DNA of 64,000 nt, from positions 1,325-65,324 of the forward strand of contig VGZG01000009.1 of the NCBI GenBank assembly GCA_016872675.1, in the 5' to 3' direction. Positions within the stretch are counted from its first letter, which is position 1; every line of letters begins with the position of its first letter. Below the pieces are notes generated by a model. It did no database searches. It was given only the letters and a program-made list of their open reading frames with translations, and was not told the DNA's origin. Position numbers and translations under genes: made by a program. This DNA comes from Planctomycetota bacterium (GTDB lineage Bacteria > Planctomycetota > UBA1135 > UBA2386). Positions 36,218 to 44,344 of the stretch are shown piece after piece.

Positions 36218-37411
36218 CTAGCGCCAGAGCCGCGCGAGTTCCTGCGCCAACCAGACGGCGATCGCTTCGTGGCCGGCGACGCTGAGGTGGCCGCCGTCGG
36301 ACAGGAACAGCGCCGCCGGGTCCGGCGCGGCCGCGAGGATCGGCGTCGCGTCGAGCGCTGGCACGCCTGCCGCCTTGGCGGTCTCGAGCCACCGCCGCTG
36401 CGCCAGCCCGCGCTCAGTGGTCGCCGGGTCGATGCCGCATTCGCGCACGCGCGCGACACGGCGCTCCTCCACCACCTGCCACAGCGTCGGCATGACGACG
36501 AAGACGAGCGGCCGGCCCTTGGCGAGGCCGCGCATGCGTTCGAGCGAGCCGCGCAACGACGCCAGGCTGCGCGGGATCACCGGCGGCGCGCCCGCGTCCC
36601 AGACCGCCTTCTCGTCGATCGCGTCGAGGAACAGCCCGGCGAACAGCCGCTGCGGCGTGAAGCCCTTGATCGCTTCGTCCTCCTCGGGCAGGAAGCGGAA
36701 TTGCGCGATCAGCGACCGCTCGGGATGCGCGTTGGCCAGCCAGCTCTCGAACCACAGCGCGGCGCGCGAGCGATACATCAGCCGCGCGCGCGGCGACGAC
36801 TCGACCAGCCGCGCCCACGCGCCCTGCAGCATCAGTCCGGCGAACACCGTGCGTCGGGGCGCCGCGTCGTCGAGGGGATCGTTGCCGAGATAACCGCAGA
36901 CGACGAATGCGTCGGCGCCGAAGGGCGCGTCCAGCCGCGCCATCTGCGCGGCCATGTGCTTGCTGCCGTAGCCGGGCACGCCGCCATTGCCCGTCGCGCA
37001 CGCCGTCCACGCCGTCGACAGCCGCGGGCCGAGCCGCGCGGCGAACGTCTCGTCGGCCTCGACGCCGTAGCCCCAGACGATCGAGTCGCCCAGCAGCAGC
37101 ACGCGCCGGTCGCCGTCGGCCTTCGGGGCGGGCTCCGGACCGCGCATGCCGAGCGAGTTGATGGCGATCGTCGTGTCGACGTCGACGCGCAGCGTGCCGC
37201 GGTACCCGGGCCGCAGGCCGACGTCGCCGTCGGCGGTCGCCGCGTACATGCCCGCCTGGCCGAACTCGGCGAACCACGGCGGCAGCCGCCAGGACAGCCG
37301 GAAGCCGGCCTCGACCACCGCCGCTGCGACGACGAGGCCGAGCAGCGCGAGGGTCGCTGCGACGGCCGGATGGACGCGCCGACGCGACGGCGCCGACCGC
37401 GCCACCGTCAC
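36218..37411 (-). CDS. Membrane-anchored SGNH/GDSL-family hydrolase or acyltransferase
   Basis: GTG 37411 (GTGA overlap with the upstream stop) gives VTVARSAPSRRRVHPAVAATLALLGLVVAAAVV (signal anchor). SGNH blocks are VLLLGDSIVWG, NGGVPGYG, GYLGND and SDGGHLSVAGH. Confidence 0.78.
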   Translation of the reverse strand: MTVARSAPSRRRVHPAVAATLALLGLVVAAAVVEAGFRLSWRLPPWFAEFGQAGMYAATADGDVGLRPGYRGTLRVDVDTTIAINSLGMRGPEPAPKADGDRRVLLLGDSIVWGYGVEADETFAARLGPRLSTAWTACATGNGGVPGYGSKHMAAQMARLDAPFGADAFVVCGYLGNDPLDDAAPRRTVFAGLMLQGAWARLVESSPRARLMYRSRAALWFESWLANAHPERSLIAQFRFLPEEDEAIKGFTPQRLFAGLFLDAIDEKAVWDAGAPPVIPRSLASLRGSLERMRGLAKGRPLVFVVMPTLWQVVEERRVARVRECGIDPATTERGLAQRRWLETAKAAGVPALDATPILAAAPDPAALFLSDGGHLSVAGHEAIAVWLAQELARLWR

Positions 37412-38160
37412 GACGTGGCGGCCTTCGCCGGCAGCAGCTCGCCGAGGAACTGCGGCAGCATCTTGCGCCACGTCACCCAGTCGTGCCGCCATTCCTTGCC
37501 CCACGCGTCGACGCGGTTGGGCACGCCCTTGGAACCGAGCACGCGCGCGACGCTCCAACTCTGCTCTGGGTCCTCGTAGTCACCCTGGCCGTGCGCCAGC
37601 AGGATGAAGCGCTTCTTGAGCAGCTCGAGGTGTTCGCCGCCGAGGTGCGGCACGAAGTCGAGCGGCGAGCTCTCGATGTACTCGCGAGTGATGCGGCCCT
37701 CGAGGAACTTGTTCATGTTGTAGGTGCCCGACAGGCAGATGGCCTTGTCGAACACGTCCGGGTGGCGGCACGTCGCGGCGAGCGCGTTGAAGGCGCCGAT
37801 CGACGCGCCGGCGGTCGAGATCAGGCCGTCGTAGCCGTTGCTGTCGCGGCGGATGGCCGGCACGACCTCGTGGTAGATGCAATGATCGAATTGGTTCTGC
37901 ACCTTCGCCGCCTGCTCGAGCGTCTTGCACTCCTTGAGCCAGGCCTGCCCGGCGATCGAGTCGACGACGTAGACCTTGAGCCGCTGGTCCCTGAGGAAGT
38001 CGCCGATTGCGTCGATCAGATGGAAGCGCTCGGGCTCCTCGGCGTCGCCGCCGGCGGTCGGGAACAGCAGCAGCGGCTTGCCGGACACGCCGTAGCGGAC
38101 GAACGTGATCTCGCGCCCGCCCATCGCGGGCGACTGCCACGTGATCTTGTGCTTGCTCAC
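37408..38160 (-). CDS. Esterase-family (esterase D / Fes-like alpha/beta fold) protein
   Basis: GKPLLLFPTAGGD, nucleophile-elbow-like TAGASIGAFNA, and a W-rich C-terminus DAWGKEWRHDWVTWRKM. The GTG start forms a GTGA overlap with the ATP-grasp stop. Confidence 0.75.
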   Translation of the reverse strand: MSKHKITWQSPAMGGREITFVRYGVSGKPLLLFPTAGGDAEEPERFHLIDAIGDFLRDQRLKVYVVDSIAGQAWLKECKTLEQAAKVQNQFDHCIYHEVVPAIRRDSNGYDGLISTAGASIGAFNALAATCRHPDVFDKAICLSGTYNMNKFLEGRITREYIESSPLDFVPHLGGEHLELLKKRFILLAHGQGDYEDPEQSWSVARVLGSKGVPNRVDAWGKEWRHDWVTWRKMLPQFLGELLPAKAATS

Positions 38161-39404
38161 GACTTGGCCTCCTTCTCGTCGTCGGCGACCGACTGCCTGA
38201 CCAGTTCGAGGAACCGCGACGAAAAGTCGGCAACCTCGTGCGCTGGGTAAATGTTAGCGACCTTCTTGGTGATTGCGTCCTTGCAGCGGTCGCTGCGGAA
38301 CCACGCCTGCGCCGCCTCGTCGATCGGCCGCAGGTGCTTGTGCGCGAACTCGGCGAACTCGTCGGCCTGCAGGCGCTCGCGCGCGATCTTGGCATAGCCG
38401 CGCAGCTTCTCGCGGTACGGCAGATCCTTCTTCGCCACGGCGTAGTAGGGCTCGAAGTCGAGCGTTTTGCGCATCGGGCGCTTCGTCGCGGCGCAGAAGA
38501 TCGCCCACTTGAGGTTGCTCGTCACGTACCACGGCCAGTGGTAGTGGATCGAGTTGACCTGGCTATCGGGGCAGGGATTGGCGAAGTCGATCGGATGGAA
38601 GACGCCGGCCTTGCGCAGCGCCTCGACGCTGTTGAAGTCCCAGCCGAAGAACGTGTTGATGGTCAGGCAGGTGTCGACCATCAGCTCGCGCTCGTCCTTG
38701 CTACAGAAGTCGCGCGCCGTCGTGTAGCGGCCGTGCAGCGGCTGGCTGGCGTCGTACTTGATGACGCGGACCTGCGGGCCGATGCCGACCGCGCGCACGA
38801 ACAGGTCGAAGCCGGCGACGGCCTTCTGCACGTGCATCAGCCACTTCTCGCTGTTCTCGTAGCCAGAGCGCAGGGCAACCTCGTCGTCGATCTTGGTGAC
38901 GCCCTGCCAGCCACCGCCGTCGTACGGCTTCATGAACAGCGGGTAGCCGACCTGCTTGCCGATCGCGCCGAGGTCGAACAGGCGCGCGTAGGCCTTGAGC
39001 GTGAACTCGAGGTCGCTCTTCGACTCGTAGTTCTTCTGCGGCACCATCATCGTCGGCGGGATCGGCATCCCGAGCGCGAGCATGGCGCAGTAGGTCGAGT
39101 GCTTCTCGTAGCTCTGCACCGACCACGGATTGTTGTAGACGTACAGCCCGTCCATCAGGATCGACTTCTTGATCCACTCGCGCTGCAGCGCGAACCAGTG
39201 CGTCAGCCGGTCGACGACAAGGTCGTACTTGCAGCCCTTCTGCAACGCGAACGGCTCGAGCGTGACGCGCTCGGTGGCGAAACGGACGACGTCCTTGCCG
39301 ACCTTCAGCTCGAGCTTGGCGTCGGCGAGGATCTGCTCGAACGCGAGCGGCCAGCAGATGTCGGCGCCCAGGGAGAGGCCGATGTGGCGGGTGACGGCGG
39401 GCAT
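38157..39404 (-). CDS. ATP-grasp superfamily ligase, substrate unknown
   Basis: EKHSTYCAMLALGMPIPPTMMVP, YPLFMKPYDGGGWQGVTKIDD, plus a helical C-terminal extension. ATG 39404 is preferred over GTG 39428. Confidence 0.78.
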   Translation of the reverse strand: MPAVTRHIGLSLGADICWPLAFEQILADAKLELKVGKDVVRFATERVTLEPFALQKGCKYDLVVDRLTHWFALQREWIKKSILMDGLYVYNNPWSVQSYEKHSTYCAMLALGMPIPPTMMVPQKNYESKSDLEFTLKAYARLFDLGAIGKQVGYPLFMKPYDGGGWQGVTKIDDEVALRSGYENSEKWLMHVQKAVAGFDLFVRAVGIGPQVRVIKYDASQPLHGRYTTARDFCSKDERELMVDTCLTINTFFGWDFNSVEALRKAGVFHPIDFANPCPDSQVNSIHYHWPWYVTSNLKWAIFCAATKRPMRKTLDFEPYYAVAKKDLPYREKLRGYAKIARERLQADEFAEFAHKHLRPIDEAAQAWFRSDRCKDAITKKVANIYPAHEVADFSSRFLELVRQSVADDEKEAKS

Positions 39405-39674
39405 GGGGAGGACTACGGTGCGGAGCACTATGCCGATCCATCGGCATCGGAGCCAGAACAGGCGGTGCGCGGCGACCTTTCGGCCGGCCCGTCACGCACG
39501 TGCGGCGACGCTGGCCCCCGGTGGCGCCACCGCAACGCGCCCGTGCCGCCGGCGATCGCCAACGTCGGATTCACGTACTACACGCAGTGGCGCAGCTTCG
39601 ACGCCACCAGCAGTCTCGCGTTCAAGACCAGCGACGCGCGCCGCAACGACACTGGCTTCTGGCCGAGCAGCCGC

Positions 39675-40325
39675 TCACCCGCCGACCACCACGCACACCG
39701 GCCGCCGCGCGCGGTGGAGCCAGCCGAGCAGTCGACGCACGTCGACCTCGGCGGCGGCAACGCAGCCCGACGTCGGCGCGCCGGGCGCGCTCCAGACGTG
39801 CAGGAAGATCGCGCTGCCCATGCCCGGCACGACCGGGTCGGTGTTGTGCTCCAGCACCGCCGCGACATCGTACTGACCGTCGTCGCGGCGCAACCGCTCG
39901 GCGCTGACGCCCGGCGCGCCGACGACCCATTGGTTGTATTGCGGCGCGCGCGGGTCGTCGACCCAGTGGTCATCGTCGGTCACCGCGATGTAGCGCAGGC
40001 TGGTCGCGAGCTGAGCGTCCTTGCCGAATGCGCGCCGTAGCGCGAACACGCCGGCCGGCGTGCCGCCGTCGCCTTCGCGCTTCTGCGCCGCAGCGACGAC
40101 GCCGCTGCGACCGACAACGCACGCCACCGGCGCGCCAACCGCGCGCCAGCCAGCGCCGGTGCGCTCCCACGCCTGCCACTGCGCGTCGGTGCGCGCGCTG
40201 GGCAGCGGCCGCACCACCACGGCCTGCGCGACCTCGGCCGGCAACGCGGCGAGCGCGGGCTCGGGCGCAACGGTGGCGCAGGCGGCGAGCGGCAGAAAGC
40301 AGGCGAGCAGCAGCAACGGCTTCAT
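39675..40325 (-). CDS. L,D-transpeptidase (YkuD) family lipoprotein
   Basis: Lipobox MKPLLLLACFLPLAAC. Catalytic-type motif GSAIFLHVWSAPGAPTSGCVA. Confidence 0.8.
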   Translation of the reverse strand: MKPLLLLACFLPLAACATVAPEPALAALPAEVAQAVVVRPLPSARTDAQWQAWERTGAGWRAVGAPVACVVGRSGVVAAAQKREGDGGTPAGVFALRRAFGKDAQLATSLRYIAVTDDDHWVDDPRAPQYNQWVVGAPGVSAERLRRDDGQYDVAAVLEHNTDPVVPGMGSAIFLHVWSAPGAPTSGCVAAAEVDVRRLLGWLHRARRPVCVVVGG

Positions 40326-40368
40326 GCGCGCAACGTGCCGCGCGCACGCCGCGCTGTCGAGCGGCTGG

Positions 40369-41502
40369 CTACTCGTAGACCAGCCAGAGTGGCCCGGGGA
40401 ACAGCCACGTCAGGCCCTCGCGCAGCCGGTCGCGCCAGTTCTCCCAGTTGTGGCCGTCGTGCGCTTCGCGGAAGCGCACGTGCATGCCGGTGTCCTGGAG
40501 CAGCGGCACCAGCGAGCGGTTGTAGTAGATCAGCGACTCGTACACGCCGCACGACACGAACACGCTGTCGGCCGGCTTGCCCGGCGCCCGGCGGAACTCG
40601 TTGACGAACTTGACCACCGGGTCGAACGCCGGGCCGCGGTCGTGGTCGCCGATCTCGGTGAACACGAACGAGCCGGACTGCAGCAGCAGCTTGCCGAAGT
40701 ACCCCGGATGCCGCCACGCCGCCGCCAGCGACGACACCGCGCCGAAACTCGCTCCCATGACCGCGCGCGCCGACGGCTCGCGCACTAGCGGCAGGATCTG
40801 CTCCATCTGCGGCACGAGGTCCTTGACCAGGTAGTCGGCCTGCCGCGGGTCGGCGGCGTACTCGCGCATGCGGTCGTTGGCCTGCGTCAGGATCGCGATC
40901 AGCGGCGGAATCTCCTGCCGGTGGATCAGGTTGTCGAGCACCTGCTGCAGGTTGGCGAAACTGAGGTAGTCGAAGCCATCGTGCACGACGAGCAGCGGAT
41001 AGCGCCGCGTCTGCCGGAAGCGCGCTGGGCGGTAGACCTTGATCGGCCGCCAGTCGCCGTAGACCTTGCTGTCGACGTGGCGCTCCTCGATCGTGCCCTT
41101 GCGCGCCTCGGCGTCTTCGAGGCTCCACTCCGGCGGGCTGTAGCCCTGGCCGTAGACCACCGAGTTGACGCCGAACGGGTCGCGCGCGGTGTGCTTGTTC
41201 AGCGGGTCGCGCAGCATCGAGCTGCGGCCGAACATTGACACACCGATCTTGTACTCCATGCGCGAGCGCGGCGGCAGGTCGATCTGTAGCACCCACGCCT
41301 CGGCGTGCCGCAGCCGGCGGAACGGCAACGTGTCGGGCAGACCGTGGATCCAGTGCTGCAGCGTGACCTCCTGGGCCTCGCCCAGGAACAGGAACGTCAC
41401 CGAGCGGCCCTCGACGTGCGGGAACTCGGTCGTCGCAATCAACTCGTCGACGGCGTGCGAACCGCTCGCCACCGCGTCCTCAATGCGCTGCAGCAGGCTC
41501 AT
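40369..41502 (-). CDS. Esterase-family protein with N-terminal Ig-like (E-set) domain
   Basis: This is the C-terminal 377 codons of the chimeric track ORF 40369..41955. The N-terminal beta-rich domain is followed by RYPLLVVHDGFDY and the nucleophile elbow VMGASFGAVSS. ATG 41502 forms an ATGA overlap with the S51-like stop. Confidence 0.78.
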   Translation of the reverse strand: MSLLQRIEDAVASGSHAVDELIATTEFPHVEGRSVTFLFLGEAQEVTLQHWIHGLPDTLPFRRLRHAEAWVLQIDLPPRSRMEYKIGVSMFGRSSMLRDPLNKHTARDPFGVNSVVYGQGYSPPEWSLEDAEARKGTIEERHVDSKVYGDWRPIKVYRPARFRQTRRYPLLVVHDGFDYLSFANLQQVLDNLIHRQEIPPLIAILTQANDRMREYAADPRQADYLVKDLVPQMEQILPLVREPSARAVMGASFGAVSSLAAAWRHPGYFGKLLLQSGSFVFTEIGDHDRGPAFDPVVKFVNEFRRAPGKPADSVFVSCGVYESLIYYNRSLVPLLQDTGMHVRFREAHDGHNWENWRDRLREGLTWLFPGPLWLVYE

Positions 41503-42434
41503 GCGCCGACCTCCTCGACCCAGCCGTCCTCGCTGAGGCGGTTGGTGCCGGACTGCGCCGACCAGCGGCGGCCGTTCCAATCGATGCGCGAGCCGTCGTC
41601 GAGCAGCACGCACATCGCCGGCGCGAAGCGACGCGCGAACAACTGGACGTTGCGCGGATCGCCGACGTCGACGCGCTTCTTGGCGTGCGGCAGCGCGACG
41701 AGGTCGGGCAGGCGGTTGAAGCCGGCTTCCATCACCTCGGTGCAGCCGCCGCCCTGCGGCGTCGAGTCGTGGAACAGCACGATGCGCTCGGTCAGCGCCA
41801 TCGCGCCGGCCGACCACGCGACGATGGGACGATCGCCGTGCAACCCGAGCACGTCGAACAGGCGCAGCCGGTGCAGCAGCACGGCGATGTGGCCGCCGGC
41901 GAGGCACAGGCAACCGGCGTCGGCCAGCAGCTTCTGCAGCGCTCGCTTCTCGCACTGCACGGCGTCGCGCTCGGCCGGCCGCCAGCGCGCCTCGAACTTG
42001 TCGTGAACCTGCCGCACGCGCTCGACATGCTGGCTGTCGATGCCTTGCAGCATGACCAGCGCGTCGTGGCGTTCGGCGTCGAGCCAGACGTCCTTGCCGG
42101 GCTTGGCCATCAGCTCGCGCGCCGCCGTGAGCGCCCCCTGCAGGCGCAAACGGTAAAGCTCCTGCACGCGCCGCAGCATGTCGTGCCGCTCGCGCATCGC
42201 CGTCAGCAGTTCGCGATCGCGCTCGAAGATGCGCTCGACGCGGGTCCAGACCTCGAGGTTGACGACCGTGCGGCCGACGTGCTCGCGGAACTCCTGGTCC
42301 TCGCCCTCGCGCTCCTCCCAGCCGGGCGACGCCAGCGCCACCGGACGGCCGTCGTCGGGCAACAGCGCGTCGAGCGCTGGCTTGACGATGCGCATGTGGC
42401 GCTGCGGGCCGAGCAGGATCGCGGAGGTCAGCAT
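41499..42434 (-). CDS. Peptidase S51-like (cyanophycinase / dipeptidase E fold) protein with a long helical insertion
   Basis: CLCLAGGHIAVLLHRL, nucleophile motif IVAWSAGAMAL and LVALPHAKK match the order of the S51 GG, SAGA and PH motifs. About 120 residues of E/R-rich helix lie between the first strand and the GG motif. Confidence 0.65.
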   Translation of the reverse strand: MLTSAILLGPQRHMRIVKPALDALLPDDGRPVALASPGWEEREGEDQEFREHVGRTVVNLEVWTRVERIFERDRELLTAMRERHDMLRRVQELYRLRLQGALTAARELMAKPGKDVWLDAERHDALVMLQGIDSQHVERVRQVHDKFEARWRPAERDAVQCEKRALQKLLADAGCLCLAGGHIAVLLHRLRLFDVLGLHGDRPIVAWSAGAMALTERIVLFHDSTPQGGGCTEVMEAGFNRLPDLVALPHAKKRVDVGDPRNVQLFARRFAPAMCVLLDDGSRIDWNGRRWSAQSGTNRLSEDGWVEEVGA

Positions 42435-42485
42435 CCGGGTTCGCTTGTTACCAGAGCCCGCCGGGTGAAGGAAGCGCGGCGCCGA

Positions 42486-43499
42486 TCACGCCAGATCACT
42501 GTCGCCGAGCGTGTACCACCACGTCGTCGCCAGGTACTCCGGCGTGAATTCCGGCTTGCAGACGTTGTGGATCATGCGCCGCTGCATCCATGTCGATGAA
42601 GCCGTCCAGACGAAACCGCGCTCGGCGAAGCGCTTGGCCTCAACCGACCACGGCGGCATCACGGTCATCAGCCGCTGCCGGCCCGCCTCGCGCTGGCGCC
42701 GCGCCGCCGCCGCCAGCAGCGCGTCCTGCGCCTCGCTGTCGGCCTCCGGCACGAGCCAGTCGACGATCGTCGCCGCGTCGGGCGCGAGGCCGGAATCGGG
42801 CTTGAGCACCATCAGGCCACACAGGCGGCCGGCGCGGCGCGCGGTCCAGATCTCGTAGTCGGCGCGCGCCGGGTTCTCGACGTAGCGCCACTGCAGGTAG
42901 CGGCAGTCGCGCCGCAGCAGGCACCGCTTGTCCTCACGCACGCGGTCGTACAGGCCGCCGACGTCCAGCGGCACGGCGGCGACCTTGCTCACCTCGATGC
43001 CCGGCGGCGCTGGCAGCGGGGCCAGTTCGCGGTCGCGGATCAGGTAGTCGATCACCGTCATCAGCTCGTACTTGAGATAGCGCTGGCCGATGCGGAACGC
43101 GGCGTCGACCGGGAAGCCGTAGAACAGCGCGTCGCCGATCGTGCGGCTGTGCGCCCAGAACGGCATGCAGGTCTCGACGAACAAGCTCTTGGCCTTGAGT
43201 CCCTGGCGGTAGTTCGGATGCGTCATCGAGTCGACGCAGTGCACGAACAGCTGCTCGCCCCACGGCGTGTCGTAGCGCATCGGCATGCCGGCGTACTGCG
43301 ACGCCACCATGCCGTCGTCGTCGATCGCCAGCGAGATGCGGTGCCCCGCCGGGTTGCGCAGGTAGGCCCACTGCCACTGCTCCAGCGTGCGGTCGACGTA
43401 GCTCGGACCGCAGACCTCGCGGAACACGAGATTGAAGGTCTTCAGGATCGCGGCCTCGTCGCCCGGACGGTAAGGCCGGATCGTCAGGCTCGAGGTCAT
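42486..43499 (-). CDS. GNAT-family N-acyltransferase (two-domain, Eis-like size)
   Basis: This is the C-terminal 337 codons of the chimeric track ORF 42486..44096. MTSSLTIRPYRPGDEAAILKTFNLVF and HPNYRQGLKAKSLF are present. Its start forms an ATGA overlap with the PNP stop. Confidence 0.62.
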   Translation of the reverse strand: MTSSLTIRPYRPGDEAAILKTFNLVFREVCGPSYVDRTLEQWQWAYLRNPAGHRISLAIDDDGMVASQYAGMPMRYDTPWGEQLFVHCVDSMTHPNYRQGLKAKSLFVETCMPFWAHSRTIGDALFYGFPVDAAFRIGQRYLKYELMTVIDYLIRDRELAPLPAPPGIEVSKVAAVPLDVGGLYDRVREDKRCLLRRDCRYLQWRYVENPARADYEIWTARRAGRLCGLMVLKPDSGLAPDAATIVDWLVPEADSEAQDALLAAAARRQREAGRQRLMTVMPPWSVEAKRFAERGFVWTASSTWMQRRMIHNVCKPEFTPEYLATTWWYTLGDSDLA

Positions 43500-44344
43500 G
43501 CGCCCGCCTTGCCCCCGCCGAGCTTGCGGCAGAATGTCGTCACCAGCGCGGTCAGCGTTGCCGCCGCCTGCTTGCCGGCGGCGACCACTTCGTCGTGCGC
43601 CAGCGGCGTCGGCGAGATGCCGGCGGCGAGGTTGGTGACCAGCGACAGGCCGACGACCTCGGCCCCCATCGCATTGAGCGCAATGGCCTCGTGCACGGTG
43701 CTCATGCCCACCGCATCGACGCCGAGCGCCTGCAACATGCGCACTTCCGCCGGCGTCTCGTAGGTCGGGCCGAGCAGGCCGGCGTAGACGCCAGGGCGTA
43801 GCCGCGCGCCGCACGAGGCCAGCAGCGCCCGCAGTCGCGGCGACCAGACGTTGGTCTGGTCGGGAAAGCGCGGTCCGAAGGCCGGTTCGTGCGGACCGAC
43901 GAGCGGCGAGCTGCCGGTGAGGTTGACGTGGTCGCGGATCGCCATCAGGTCGCCGGCCGACAGGTCGTCGCCGATGCCGCCGGCGGCGTTGGTCAGCAGG
44001 AACGCCGGCACGCCGACCGTGCGCAGCGTGCGCACCGCGCGCACGACCTCGCGCGGCTGCCAACCCTCGTACAGGTGCACGCGGCCCGACAAGCACGCGA
44101 CCGGCGTGCCGCCGACCTCGCCAACCACCAGCGAGCTGCCATGGCCCTCGACGTGCGGCGCCGGCCAGCCGGGCACCTCGGCGAACGGCACCTCGATCGG
44201 TTGCTTCACCTGCTTGGCGAAGTCCTTGAGCCCGCTGCCGAGCACGAGGCCAAGGCGCAGCGCCGCGCAGCGCTCGGCGCCCAGCCGCTGGCGCACGAAC
44301 GCCGCCGCCGCGGCGACGACGTCGCGTTCGTTCGCCGCGGTCAC
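43496..44344 (-). CDS. punA: Purine nucleoside phosphorylase (PNP/MTAP trimeric family)
   Basis: HVEGHGSSLVVGEVGG, GRVHLYEG, LLTNAAGG, GPRFPD, GPTYETPAEVRML, DAVGMSTVHE and SLVTNLAAG. The GTG start forms a GTGA overlap with the nupC stop. Confidence 0.9.
   Translation of the reverse strand: MTAANERDVVAAAAAFVRQRLGAERCAALRLGLVLGSGLKDFAKQVKQPIEVPFAEVPGWPAPHVEGHGSSLVVGEVGGTPVACLSGRVHLYEGWQPREVVRAVRTLRTVGVPAFLLTNAAGGIGDDLSAGDLMAIRDHVNLTGSSPLVGPHEPAFGPRFPDQTNVWSPRLRALLASCGARLRPGVYAGLLGPTYETPAEVRMLQALGVDAVGMSTVHEAIALNAMGAEVVGLSLVTNLAAGISPTPLAHDEVVAAGKQAAATLTALVTTFCRKLGGGKAGA

Noticed and set aside
38157-42434. Cyanophycin synthesis/degradation locus (ATP-grasp + S51 peptidase)
   Set aside because: The ATP-grasp protein is 415 aa and lacks the Mur-ligase-like domain and the size of CphA. 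The S51-like protein has a large atypical insertion. The idea is kept only as a loose analogy in the findings.
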